In this document: piece after piece, positions 42,542 to 55,611 of the stretch
Layout of the letters: each line of letters begins with the position of its first letter
Numbering within the stretch: the stretch's first letter is position 1
Assembly (NCBI GenBank): GCA_964016885.1
Contig: OZ024757.1
Coordinates: 13,268,001-13,332,000 of the forward strand
Direction of reading: 5' to 3'
Source: Eledone cirrhosa
Taxonomy: Eukaryota
Length of the DNA: 64,000 bases
Program-made: the position numbers and the translations under genes
Notes under the pieces: generated by a model
Seen by the model: the letters and a program-made list of their open reading frames with translations, nothing else
Databases searched by the model: none
What the model was told of the DNA's origin: nothing

Positions 42542-42999
42542 TCTATATATTATATAATGTGATGTTGTCTGTGTGTCCTCATTTTTGCAAAGTCTATACA
42601 AATCCACATTTCTACTCCGATTGACTTCAAACTTGCATATATATATTCCTTGCGGTGTAAAGATATTAATTGCAGCTTTTATTTTTCAATTTTCTGTTGT
42701 TAAAGGGGTGTTAGGCGCCGGTTATCCATCTCCGTCGCGCTCTTATAATATCTGTCTGTATGCCTGCTGTCTGCATTACGACGTTCTGACGAACATTGAC
42801 GACGTATTATGTTCGCTATTATCCGTTCATTGCCAGGGAACGTCTTCCTATAAAAATATCGTCTTCCTGTCTTCCTTCGGTTGCAACGTTTTTCGAAATA
42901 TTTACTTCTGCGTTCGCAGATTGATGTTTTTAGTTTCAGAAGATCCCGTTAAGGGGGAAAACAACGATTCTTTGCTTAAACTTTAATCTGTTATTTTAA
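42542..42999 (+). mobile_element. Helitron-like 5' part (family B) continuing into family-X sequence; second B copy at 43680-43930
   Basis: A|TCTATATA.. GATGTTGTCTGTGTGTCCTCATTTTTGCAAAGTC shared with 43680; no CTAG end seen. Confidence 0.65.
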
Positions 43000-43679
43000 T
43001 CTATATATGTATATATATAAAACTGAGGAAGGATGTATGTATGTATGTATTTATGTATGTATGTGTGTGTGTGTGTATGTGTATGTGTGTGTATGTGTGT
43101 GAAACCCGAGAAGTACTCAACCGATTTTTTTCAAACTTTACATGTGTATTACTTAAGTTTCAGGGAGTGTTATGCACATAAAAAAATTCAACTTTTTATC
43201 CTCTATGCCCGCATTAAATGAAAAACTGTGTTTTTTCAGGTTTTTATTGGTTTTTTGAGGCGTTACGTCAGACCGATTTCCTTGAAATCGTAATTATGTA
43301 TTAGTCAGTCTCTTCTTCATACCGTGAGCAAAGAAAATCCAACTTTTTTATGGCCTAGAGCCCGCATTGGGTGAGAAGCTTCATTTTTTTCAGCTTTTTA
43401 GGGCGTTTTGGTGGCGTTACGTCTAGCCGATTTTCCCGAAATTTCAAGGCATATTATGCACATAAAAAAATTCATTTTTTTTATCCTCGGGCCCGCATTA
43501 AGTGAAAACCTGTATTTTTCCTGCTTCATCGAGGAAAATCTTAGATTATCCAGCCATCAGAGTATTCGGTTTATTTTCTTCACATATTGTCCAGGCATGC
43601 AGTTTTTCTATGATTAGATCTGTTGGGGGCCCGTGTTCCAAAATACCTTATCCCGTGCAACGCCGGGTACCACTGCTAG
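43000..43679 (+). mobile_element. Complete non-autonomous Helitron (family A)
   Basis: A|TCTATATA..AAAACTGAGG start; CCCGTGCAACGCCGGG hairpin; CTAG|T end. Confidence 0.9.
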
Positions 43680-44216
43680 TCTATATATATAAAATTGATG
43701 TTGTCTGTGTGTCCTCATTTTTGCAAAGTCCATACAAATCCACATTTCTACTCCGATTGACTTCAAACTTTCACTTATATATTCCTTGCGGTCTAAAGTT
43801 ATTAACTGCCGCTTTTTTTTCAATTTTCTGTTGTTAAAGAGGTGTTAGGCGCCGATCGCGCTCTTATAATATTTGTCTGTATGTCTGGCTGTCTGCATAA
43901 CGTCATTGCTGACGTATTATCTTCGCTACATTCACACACACAGACACGCGCACATATATATATACATATATACTTATATATACACATATATATATATATA
44001 TACATATATACATATACACACACATATATACACATATACATATATATATATATATATACATATACAAACACATATATAGATATACACATATACAAACACA
44101 TATATAGATATACACATATACACATAAAAATATATGTATATATATACACACACACACACATATATTTATATATATATATACATACATACATACACACACA
44201 CATATATATATATATG

Positions 44217-44362
<146 letters not shown>

Positions 44363-44654
44363 ACGCGTGTCTGTCCTGTAAGCTGGGGCATGTATCGCTG
44401 TCAAATATTTGTTAATATTATTTATATATTTTTTTCTTATATTTATTTGCGTGTGTTAATATGTAGTGGAGTGCATTCATGTATGTGTATGTATGTACGT
44501 TGTATGTTTGTGTGAATGTATGTATATGTGTGTGTATATATATGTGTGTGTGTATGTGTAGGCTTGTACACACACATGTGTGTGTGTGTGTATGTATATG
44601 TGTATATGTGTGTATATGTATGTATGTATATATATATATGTATATATGTATGGA

Positions 44655-44686
<32 letters not shown>

Positions 44687-44722
44687 GATATGTACATGTG
44701 TATATATATGTGTGTGTGTATG

Positions 44723-44773
<51 letters not shown>

Positions 44774-44879
44774 ATGAATATATGTATGTGTATATGTGTG
44801 TATATATGTGTATGTGTGTGTAGGTGTACGCTCTTTATATATATATGTATATATATATACATATGTATATATATGTATG

Positions 44880-44911
<32 letters not shown>

Positions 44912-45118
44912 GTGTGTATGTGTATATGTGTATGCGTGCAAATTATATGTGTATATATGTGTGTGTGTGTAAGTATGCTTTTGTGTTTTTTTGTGTGTGT
45001 TTGCATGTGTAGTTTTATTTTATTTTATTTTTCCTTTCCTTCTCCCTTTTCCAGCCTCACTTTCATATAGATTGCATTTTTGTTTTTAGAATCCATATTC
45101 AATAAACAAACCAGGATT

Positions 45119-45178
45119 TTTCATTCTGAGGATTGAAAGCAAAACCTTTTGCTTTTAAGAAACCACTGGTAAATGGAA
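45119..45178 (+). ncRNA. Minimal type I hammerhead ribozyme in the 5' pseudo-LTR (GUA site after 45171)
   Basis: tttcatt-CTGAGGA-ttgaaagcaaaa/ttttgcttttaa-GAAA-ccactg-GTA-aatggaa. Confidence 0.88.
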
Positions 45179-45397
45179 TAATTGCCTTATGTTGTTTATT
45201 ACATAATAATAATAATTAAGCTCTGTTGCTTACATAGAGCACTCTTTTTTCCTGGACTTTTCCGATGGAATTACTTCATTTATACAGCTCCAACCGGGAT
45301 TGATTGCAGCATATTCGATATTACATATACGATTGGCACTTTCCAGCCCGATTAGTTGAGCACTCTACAGTTTTCAGGAATTTAACCAACATACACC

Positions 45398-47532
45398 ATG
45401 GACCTTTATGATTTGGATTATTCTATCAAAAACATACCCACTCCTTCCAACACAACATACACCAAAATCCTCATTGATAAAATCGAGCAAGTCGTTAAAA
45501 GAATGAGATGGAAGGCAATGGTTTACGATGGCTATTCAGTGCTGATACTAAAGATAATTTTGACATTAAATCCCGTAAATATCCACCTAGAATTAAAGAC
45601 ATGGCCAACTTCAAATTAGACCTCGTTAATCTAATTAGTGATATCAAATTTCGTAAGTACAATAATAATTTTCAAACTAAACTTTCTCACGATATCTCTA
45701 ATTTTAGAAATTCTACAAACACTTTCGTTCTTTCTGATAAAACCAAAAACCTCTTTGAAGTTAATAGTAATTTGTATAACCAACTTTTAACTAATAGTAT
45801 TACCAATAAATATCAATTAACTAATAATAATAGCTACAATACTATCAATAAAGAAGCTAAAGAACTAGCTAGTTCTTTACAAATAGATAACCGGATTGAA
45901 AGCTTAGCTAAGCGTAAAGCATATATTACCCTTAAAGACCATAAATTGGACTTTACTAATCGACCTAGTTGTAGACTGATTAACCCGGCTAAATCCGAGG
46001 TTGGCCTTGCTAGTAAGAAAATCTTAAGAAAAATAATTCTCCAAATTAGAACTAACACTGCCCTTTCACAGTGGCTAAATACTTCCTCTGTTATTTCTTG
46101 GTTCAATAATATACAAGGTAAAAATAAGTGTAGATTTACGCAATTTGATATTGTCGATTTTTACCCTTCTATTACCGTTTCCTTATTAACTAAAGCCTTA
46201 GATTTTGCAAGACCCTTCATTAATATCTCCAAATTAGAAGAGGACATTATCTTTCATGCCAGAAAAACTTTACTTTTTACTAATGATAATATTTGGGTTA
46301 AAAAGTCAAACCCTGAAAACTCTTTCGATGTTGCAATGGGTTCTTATGACAGTGCGGATGTGTGCGACTTAGTAGGATTATTCCTTCTCCACACACTCAA
46401 AGAGAAATTTCCGTCCCATAATATCGGTTTATACCGTGATGACGGATTAGCAGTTTCTCATACCACCAATGGCCATAATCTTGATAAATTCCGTAAAGAT
46501 TTAATTAGTACCTTTGCTAACCTTAACCTTAAAATTACTATAGATACGAACCTTACTAATGCTAACTTTCTTGATATTAATCTTGATCTACTTACTGCCT
46601 CTTTTAAACCCTATCATAAACCTAATGAAAATCTTAGGTATATACACAAAGAGTCTTGCCATCCCCCTATAGTTTTTAATAATCTTATTCCTAACATTAG
46701 CCGTAGGATTTCTACTTTATCTTCGTCTATAGACATTTTTAATAAAGCCGCCCCTTATTATAATAAAGCCCTTAAGAACAGCGGTTTTACAGAAAATATT
46801 TCTTATTTACCTACTCCCCCCCCCCCTAAAACTAACCATAATAACAGGAAAAGGAAGATTATTTGGTTCACACCCCCCTTCTCTCTAAATGTCAAAACTA
46901 ATGTAGGAAGGAAATTCCTTGAACTATTAGACAAACATTTTCCTCCTATTCATAGATATTATAAGATTTTTAATAGGAATGTAGTTAAGATCAGCTACTC
47001 TTGTTGTCCATCCATGAAATCCAAAATCACCAGTTCAAACCGTACGAGGATAAATCCAGGATGCAGTTGCAGGAAGCCGGATGAATGCCCATTGCAGGGT
47101 AAATGTAACACAAAATCTGTCGTTTATGAGGCTAAAATAACGCCAGTTATCAACAACCAGCCAGCCAGAAGCGAGCGATATGTCGGTATGACCCAGGACA
47201 GGTTTAAAACCAGATTTTACTCACATGTCGCTTCTTTTAAACACTCAGATAAACGAACATCAACGGCCCTCGCAAGTAAGGTATGGGATCTCAAGGATAG
47301 TAATATCCCGTACTCTATTGATTGGTCTATATTAGACCATTCGAGGGAGTACCAAAGGGGCACAAAGAATTGTTCTTTGTGTACCACAGAAAAGTATAGG
47401 ATTTTGCTAAACTTGAGAGACACTTCCGCTTGCCTTAACTCTAAGACTGAGATCTTCAGATGCTGTCCTCATCTGAAATCGCATCTGATCTGTAACTGGA
47501 TTGACACTCCTACGATAAATCAACCGCCTTGA
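45398..47532 (+). CDS. Naiad PLE protein: reverse transcriptase + CxC-x5-C zinc motif + GIY-YIG endonuclease, about 711 aa with one frameshift near 45530
   Basis: N-terminal YSIKNIP..KRMRWKA (ORF 45398) joins ORF 45508: DKT, CRLINPAKSEVG, QFDIVDFYPSI, AMGSYDSA, GLYRDDGL, NFLDI, CSCRKPDECPLQGKC, VVYEA..YVGMT..FKTRF..H, LNSKTEI. Confidence 0.9.
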
Positions 47533-47814
47533 ACTCCTTCTCTGCTCTTTACTTTTGCTACGGCTTTTATTTTGCTGCTTCTACCTTCTGTACTCTTGTA
47601 TTTAAAAAAAATTTTTCTCCCTTACCTCCCCTTATATTTTTACCTCCTCTTAGCCCCCCCCCATATATTCTTTTTGTTTTGCCCTTCACATACCTATGTG
47701 TATGTGTATGTATTTTTGTGTGTATATATGTATATGTGTACGTATATGTTTGTGTATGTATATATATGTGTATGTATGTATGTATGTGTGTGTATATATG
47801 TGTATGTATATGTG

Positions 47815-47880
<66 letters not shown>

Positions 47881-48805
47881 CGTGTCTGTATGTGTGTATA
47901 TATTTGTATATTTGTGTGTGTATATGTATGTATATGTGGATTAACCAGGGCTTTTTTTCATTCTGTAGATTGAAGGAAACTTTTTTTGCTTTTAAGAAAC
48001 CTCTGGTGAATGGATTAATTGCCTTGTATGGCTTTATTACTTTACTACTATATATACGTTTATGTAAGGTTCATTTGTCTTATCTAATACTGAGCTTTAC
48101 ACATACACACATGTATATGTGTGTGTGTATGTGTATGCATGTGTGTATGTGTACGTGTATGTGTGTATATATATATATATATATTTATATATATGTATGT
48201 GTATATATATATATATGTATGTGTATAAATGTATATGTGTATATGTATGTGTATGTATGTATATGTTGCGTGTGTTTTTATTTATTTTTATGCATGTGTG
48301 GGTTTGTGTGTGGGTGTGTGTGTGTGTATATAATTACATATACATATGTGTGTGTTTATATTGTATACGTGTACGTGTTTGCGTATGTATGTGTATGTAC
48401 GTGTTTATGTATTTGTATATGTATATTTATGTGTGAGAGTGTGTGTATGTGTTTACTATTTCGAACGTATGTATATATGCTTATGTGTGTATTACTTACC
48501 ACGCGTGTCTGTCCTGTTAGCTGGGGCATGTATCGCTGTCAAATATTTGTTAATATTATTTATATATTTTTTTCTTATATTTATTTGCGTGTGTTAATAT
48601 GTAGTGGAGTGCATTCATGTATGTGTATGTATGTACGTTGTATGTTTGTGTGAATGTATGTATATATGTGTGTGTATATATATGTGTGTGTGTATGTGTA
48701 GGCTTGTACACACACATGTGTGTGTGTGTGTGTATGTATATGTGTATATGTGTGTATATGTATGTATGTATATCTATGTATATATATATATGTATATATG
48801 TATGG

Positions 48806-48842
<37 letters not shown>

Positions 48843-48878
48843 GATATGTACATGTGTATATATATGTGTGTGTGTATG

Positions 48879-48926
<48 letters not shown>

Positions 48927-49025
48927 AATATATGTATGTGTATATGTGTGTATATACGTGTATGTGTGTGTAGGTGTACGCTCTTTATATATATATGTAT
49001 ATATATATACATATGTATATATATG

Positions 49026-49065
<40 letters not shown>

Positions 49066-49272
49066 GTGTGTATGTGTATATGTGTATGCGTGCAAATTAT
49101 GTGTGTATATATGTGTGTGTGTGTAAGTATGCTTTTGTGTTTTTTTGTGTGTGTTTGCATGTGTAGTTTTATTTTATTTTATTTTTCCTTTCCTTCTCCC
49201 TTTTCCAGCCTCACTTTCATATAGATTGCATTTTTGTTTTTAGAATCCATATTCAATAAACAAACCAGGATT

Positions 49273-49332
49273 TTTCATTCTGAGGATTGAAAGCAAAACC
49301 TTTTGCTTTTAAGAAACCACTGGTAAATGGAA
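49273..49332 (+). ncRNA. Identical hammerhead ribozyme in the 3' pseudo-LTR
   Basis: Same sequence as 45119-45178. Confidence 0.88.
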
Positions 49333-49389
49333 TAATTGCCTTATGTTGTTTATTACATAATAATAATATATATATATATATATATATAT

Positions 49390-49630
49390 ATTTCGTTTCT
49401 GAATTCGTTTAGCAAGATTCTTTATCTGAAAACGTGTGTTGAAACCGATATTGTTATGCTTTGGGAGAGTCATGTTGCCAATAAGAAACACACTCCGGTT
49501 GGTTGGTTGGTTCCATAACCGGACGGTTGTTCATATATTGTCAAAGTTCTTTCGTCACACATTCTGTGACCTCTTCAGTGACTGGGTATTCTTTTCTTTG
49601 TTTTGTGCCTCTCCTTTCTTCTGTCCTACG
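49390..49630 (-). mobile_element. PLE terminal-repeat fragment with hammerhead (49540-49582)
   Basis: Homologous to 32478-32740. Minus strand gtca-CTGAAGA-ggtcacag/tgtgac-GAAA-gaac-TT-tgac. Confidence 0.75.
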
Positions 49631-49647
49631 CTATATATATATATATA

Positions 49648-51825
49648 TATATTTATTAAAATAACAGATTAATGTTTAAACAAAGAATCGCTGCTTTCAC
49701 CCTTAACGGGATCTTCTGAAACTAAAAAAGTCAATCTGTGAACGCAGAAGTAATTATTTCAAAAAACGTTGCAACCGGAGGAAGACAGGAAGACGATACT
49801 TTGGTTCGTGGAAACGTTCCCTGGCAAAGAACGGACAAAAACGGAGATAATACGTCATTATTTGGAATGGTGAGGACAATTGCACGCAAAGACAAAACCA
49901 CGTAAATTGTATAACTGAAGTCGTAGACTAAAATTCTAACTAGGAAACCGAATGATTCTCGGCTTCAGAGTTAAGAATAAAGTAAATAAAAAACAGAGGT
50001 AATTGAAATTAAATAAATACATACACGCATCCATATACGTACATACACAAGTATACGCGAAAACACTCGCCATTGTTATACAAATACAAGCACGCACACA
50101 AAAAAAAACCCGCACGCACATACAGAACCCACGCATCGCCTGTACCCGCACACATACGAACGTATACGCCAAATACACATAAAAATATATATAAAAATAT
50201 ATATATGTTATTTTTCAATTTGTAAAAAAACCCTCACTTTCTAATATATATATATATAGTAGAATAATCGAGTATCGAAAAATCGGCGCACGAGTTCACG
50301 ATAAACAAAATTCGATATGAGCGGCAGAGTGCTCCATAATTTAGATAAATCAGAGCTATAACTATCGTTAAATTACCGTCACACACAGAACAAGTCTATA
50401 ATCAACCGTACGATCGAAAATTTGCGATCCGGAAGATTCGGGACACTCAGATAAAAAATCTCAATAAATCAATAAATTAAATGAATGTAAAAAGCATACC
50501 CGGACCCGCTAGGAAGATGTTAAATCTAGCTTCTTGGGTTTCTGTAAATCCTTAAACTGTTCTCTATCAGCTCACATAAAAATATATAAGACTTCTAGAT
50601 ATCAGTGGACAGGAAAATTTACTTCTTCAACGAGCTTTGTCCAAACGAATGAAATGGCATAACCCAAGCTAAATACGCACATGGAATTCGGCAAGGGAGA
50701 TAACCTCTACATACGCGAAAAATATTCGGGAAAATGTGGAAATACACATATCGAATAAGAGTGCTCAATAGACATGTTAAAATAAACAGGAGCTATTCAT
50801 CATTTAATAGAATCGACAAAAAATGAACAATAAAATTAACTGGTCAATAGCTAGGTCTAGAACTAAATATAGTAGTAGAATAATCGAGTATCGAAAAATC
50901 GGCGCACGAGTTCACGATAAACAAAATTCGATATGAGCGGCAGAGTGCTCCATAATTTAGATAAATCAGAGTTGTGTGTGTGTGCGTGTATACATATAAT
51001 TAAATAAACGTATATAAATATTTGTTATGGCGTATATATTATATATTCTGGTACATGTGCATTTGGTTATGTGTATACGCGAATTTTGCATCTGTGTGAG
51101 TATGCGGGTTCGTACGTATGTAGGGTGTGTGTATATGTGTACTTTGTGTTTTGGTCGACGTACGTCTACGTACATATGTGTATTTACATATAGGTATGTG
51201 TGTGCGCGCGTTATATACGTATTTATTTATTTATATACGTTTATTTAATTATATGTATACACGCACACACACATATATATATTTTTTAATATATATTTTT
51301 ATGTGTATTTGGTGTATACGTTCGTATGAGTGCGGGTACAGGCGTTGCGTGGGTTCTGTATATGCGTGCATGTTTTTTTTGTGTACGTGCTTGTATTTGT
51401 ATACCTATGGCGAGTGTTTTCGCGTATGCTTGTGTATGTACGTATATGGATGCGTGTATGTATTTATTTAATTTCAATTACCTCTGTATTTTATTTACTT
51501 TATTCTTAACTCCGAAGCCGAGAATCATTCGGTTTCCTAGTTAGAATTTTAGTCTACGACTTCAGTTATACCATTTACGTGGTTTTGACTTTGCGTGCAA
51601 TTGTTCTCACATTATGTTTTTGAAATATTTACTTCTGCGTTCACAGATTGACTTTTTTAGTTTCAGAAGATCCCGTTAAGGGTGAAAGCAGCGATTCTTT
51701 GCTTAAACTTTAATCTGTTATTTTAATAAATATTTGCTCTACGGTTCTTATATATTTGATATATATTTATCCTTATGGAGCCCTCTTTGGATTTTAGTCT
51801 TCAAATTTATTATTATTACTATATA
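49648..51825. mobile_element. Family-X element pair in inverted orientation (49648-50210 minus, about 51255-51825 plus) around a spacer holding a 98-bp direct repeat
   Basis: The arms are reverse complements (e.g. CTAACTAGGAAACCGAATGATTCTCGG). TAGTAGAATAATCGAGTATCG...AATCAGAG occurs at about 50257 and 50873. Confidence 0.8.
51644..51717 (+). ncRNA. Hammerhead-like fold with variant CAGAAGA core (family X)
   Basis: cagattga..agttt-CAGAAGA-tccc gttaa gggt-GAAA-gca gcgattctt tgc-TT-aaact ttaatctg. Copies at 42917, 49665, 55194 and 63848. Confidence 0.6.
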
Positions 51826-52147
51826 TATATATATATATAAAATAAATAAATAAACAGATTAAATAAAAATGGCGTAGACATGCAATACAACAGGGGGAAA
51901 CATAATAGCATCACTGACGAGGTTGCAGATGTGCAACGAAATAACTTTGTTAGACTATATATATGTGTTTATGTCTATATTATATCTGTATTTTTGATCG
52001 TTGGTCAGTCAATGGTAAATACTGAGGACCGAATAAATTAAATTAACTGATATAAATGATACAGAAGCGAAAACCAACCAAACAGTGAGTGTGTTCTGTT
52101 ATTAATTCTGGCAATATTATCACAACAATATGACCCTCCCCAAGTAT

Positions 52148-52196
<49 letters not shown>

Positions 52197-52478
52197 GATA
52201 CATTGTAGGTCGCTTTAACTCGTCTTTTATTATTAAAAAAACTTCTTGCCAATAAACATTAACCCTTTGTGCGCCATTCATCTAACATATACCAAGTAAA
52301 CGGAGCGTTGACAAGAACGATGGCAAATGAATCTTCGAGATAAGCAGTTACCTACCGAGCTGTTAGTTCACGCGGGATTCTCTGCTACACCTTTTCGTAA
52401 TAATACCGAACAACGTACTGCTGGTCACTCCTTCCTCCAAAAGCCGTACAAAGGATCTTTCTCTCTCTCTCTCTCTCT

Positions 52479-52581
<103 letters not shown>

Positions 52582-52589
52582 TGTGTTAT

Positions 52590-52960
52590 AAGAAAAGATT
52601 AAAGAATCGATACTTTCAACATTAACGGGATCTTCTGAAACTAAAGAATTTAATCTGTGAACGCAGAAGTAAATATTTCGAGAAACGTTGCAACCGAAGG
52701 AAAACAGGAAGACGATATTTTGGTTCGTGAAGACGTTCCCTGGCAATGAACGGAAAAAGCGAGGATAATACGTCGTTATGTGGACCGAGAAGAACAATTT
52801 CATGCGAAAACAAGATCAAGTTTATGGTATAAATGGAGTCGTTAGACTAATATTCTATTTAATATAATAGAATGATTTCAAGCCCCAGAGTTTAAGAACG
52901 ATGTAAATAAAATTGAAAACGAAAATAACAGAGGTTATTAAAATAGTAAAAGTAAATAGT
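52590..52960 (-). mobile_element. Diverged family-X repeat copy
   Basis: AACGGGATCTTCTGAAACTAA..GAACGCAGAAGTAAATATTTC..GAAGACGATA shared with 49690-49960. Confidence 0.75.
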
Positions 52961-53039
52961 GAAGATTTAGGCCAGTACATACGTATGCCCCGACGGACAT
53001 ACACATACATACGCACACACCCACAAACACACGCGCATA

Positions 53040-53464
53040 TATATAAACCTTATGCATTTCTACAGTATTTTCACCAAACTTAAGACATAGGTTACTTATG
53101 TACTCCGGATGGTCATGGGCACTTTCATTTTTCCAGATATTGATTATAGGGCCTCCCGGCAGATAACCCCCTTAACCACTTCCTTGGAGAACTGCAGTGC
53201 AAGGCAACAAAATGTCATAACTTCTGGAGTTCGCAACCGATTTTCACAAAACTTGACACATGGGCTACATTTGTCCTACAGATGAATGTGAACTCCCAGA
53301 ATTGGCACATATTGAGTAGGGGACCCCTGGGGGCAGGAATCCCCTTTTGGAAAAAGCCGATGATTTTGTAAAAATATAGTTTTCGAAGCAGCACTGAAGT
53401 ATTGACATAAATGGTATACACAACTGCTATTTAATACCCGAGCAACGCCGGATACCTCTGCTAG
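53040..53464 (+). mobile_element. Non-autonomous Helitron, 5' end eroded
   Basis: CCCGAGCAACGCCGGA hairpin then CTCTGCTAG|T; body similar to 53580-54428. Confidence 0.75.
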
Positions 53465-53579
53465 TATATCCCGCCGAGGTTAACTTTGCCTTTCATCCTT
53501 ATGGGGTCGATAAAATAAAGTACCAGTAATACATTGGTTAATTGGTGGCCTTGTGCCAAAAGTAGAAACAATTATTATA

Positions 53580-54428
53580 TCTATATATATAAAACAGATG
53601 TCTGTCTGTGTAATCGCATGCATTTCTACATTTTACAACCGGTTTGCATCAAATGTCATACATAGGTTTCTGACGCCCTATTACGCGTAGTAGATTATTT
53701 TATTTTTCCGTACATCGATTGTGGGGCCCCCCAGGGGCAGATAATCCCCTTAAGCCTCTTGCTTGGAGTCAGCAGTACTACTGCATAAAGGCCCCACAAT
53801 TCCTGCAGTTTGCCTCCCGTCTTCACCCAAATTAATCTTTTGTTTGCTTATGGTCTACAAATAAATTTGCAGGCATGCACTTGCGCAGAAATTCAGGTAG
53901 GGGACCCCTTGGGGGGTAGTAAACCGACTTGATGAATGTTGAACTTGATATCATCATTGCAACAAAACGTCATAACTGCTTGAGTTGGTGTTTGGTTTTC
54001 ACGAAGCGAGACGTATTGGTTACCCATGGCTTATAAAGGAAGGTGAACACATGAACTTTTACTTGAACTTCTCAAGGGGAACCCTGAGGAGGGGGGGGGG
54101 GGAGCCCCTTCGATTTATCTATTGGAACTCACATTAACATTGTATTAGTACCTTATAACTTTTGAAGTTTACGTTCGATTTTAACTTCACCGGACACATT
54201 GGTTACCCATTGCTTAAAGATGATGTTGAAGACACTGTCTATACGCGGAACAAGCAAGGGACCAGCACTGCCGCAGAGATATTTCAAAGTGAACGTTCAA
54301 AGGCCCTCTTTAAGGTCAACACCTATAAATTGTTACTTTTATAGTCGTGTTTAACGGAAGTCTTTCGGTTCATTTGAACGATTACTCCATTGAGAGTTAT
54401 ACCGGGCAATGCCGGGTACCTCTGCTAG
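53580..54428 (+). mobile_element. Complete non-autonomous Helitron
   Basis: A|TCTATATATATAAAACAG start; CCGGGCAATGCCGGG hairpin; CTAG|T end. Confidence 0.88.
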
Positions 54429-54630
54429 TATATTATATAATATATATATATGTATATTATATAATATATTATATATATATATTATATAATATATATACAT
54501 AATATATATATATAATATATAATATATTATTATTACTATTATATATATATATACACATATATATATAATATATATAGTTATGTAATAAACAACATAAGTT
54601 AATTATTTCATTTACCAGTGGTTTCTTGAA

Positions 54631-54749
<119 letters not shown>

Positions 54750-54856
54750 TCGTTGACAAATATAACAATATGCCCAGACATGCAGATATATTGCCCTTGG
54801 TATGACAGTGTGGTTTTAGCTCAATGTAGTATAACTAGTATACTACAGAGCCGTTA

Positions 54857-55162
54857 TAGTTATATGAATAACCAAAGAGTGCTTAGAAATACATTGTTTT
54901 ATTAGCTAACAGTGTTTCATCCATACCCCATGGCAGGAATCATCAGAGCCTATAAACAAGAGTATATCAATAGTTGCATGCTCCATCATTCCATATAGCG
55001 CTGGCTCTTTAACCTTGTTCTGGTGACACAGCTTGGTGGAGCATGCAACTATTAATATACTCTTGTTTATAGGCTCTGATTCCTGCCATGGGATATGGAT
55101 GAAACACTGTTAGCTAATAAAACAATGTATTTCTAAGCACTCATTGGTTATTCCTATAACTA
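54857..55162. repeat. Fold-back inverted repeat (arms of about 128 bp) containing a hammerhead (54904-54950, minus strand)
   Basis: The arms are reverse complements. Minus strand ggct-CTGATGA-ttcc..ggat-GAAAC-ACT-GTT-agct. Confidence 0.88.
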
Positions 55163-55179
55163 TATATATATATATATAT

Positions 55180-55465
55180 ATTTATTAAAATAACAGATTA
55201 AAGTTTAAGCAAAGAATCGCTGCTTTCACCCTTAACGGGATCTTCTGAAACTAACAAAGTCAATCTGTAAACGCAGAACTGGATATTTCAAAAAACGTTG
55301 CAACCGGAGGAAGACAGGAAGACGATACTTTGGTTCGTGGTAACGTTCGCTGGCAAAGAACGGGAAAAAACGAATAATACGTCATTAATAGGAGCGGTGA
55401 AAAACAATTACGCGCAAAGACAAAACCACGTTTATGGTATAAAAGAGGTCGTAGACTAATGTTCT
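55180..55465 (-). mobile_element. Family-X repeat copy abutting (TA)n
   Basis: Near-identical to 49650-49935 and 63838-64000. Confidence 0.85.
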
Positions 55466-55570
55466 CTTAGGTGGTGCATAGAGACGTTCTCTGGCAATGA
55501 GCGAAAAAACGAAGATAATAAGTCATATGTGGAGCGTGGAGAACAATATATATATATATAGTTATTCCTA

Positions 55571-55611
<41 letters not shown>

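Noticed and set aside
45398-47532. Selenoprotein-type Naiad (in-frame UGA) or programmed frameshift
   Set aside because: No internal TGA in the long ORF, the Cys motifs use normal codons, and no slippery heptamer is visible at the frameshift. A simple indel or sequencing error is more likely.
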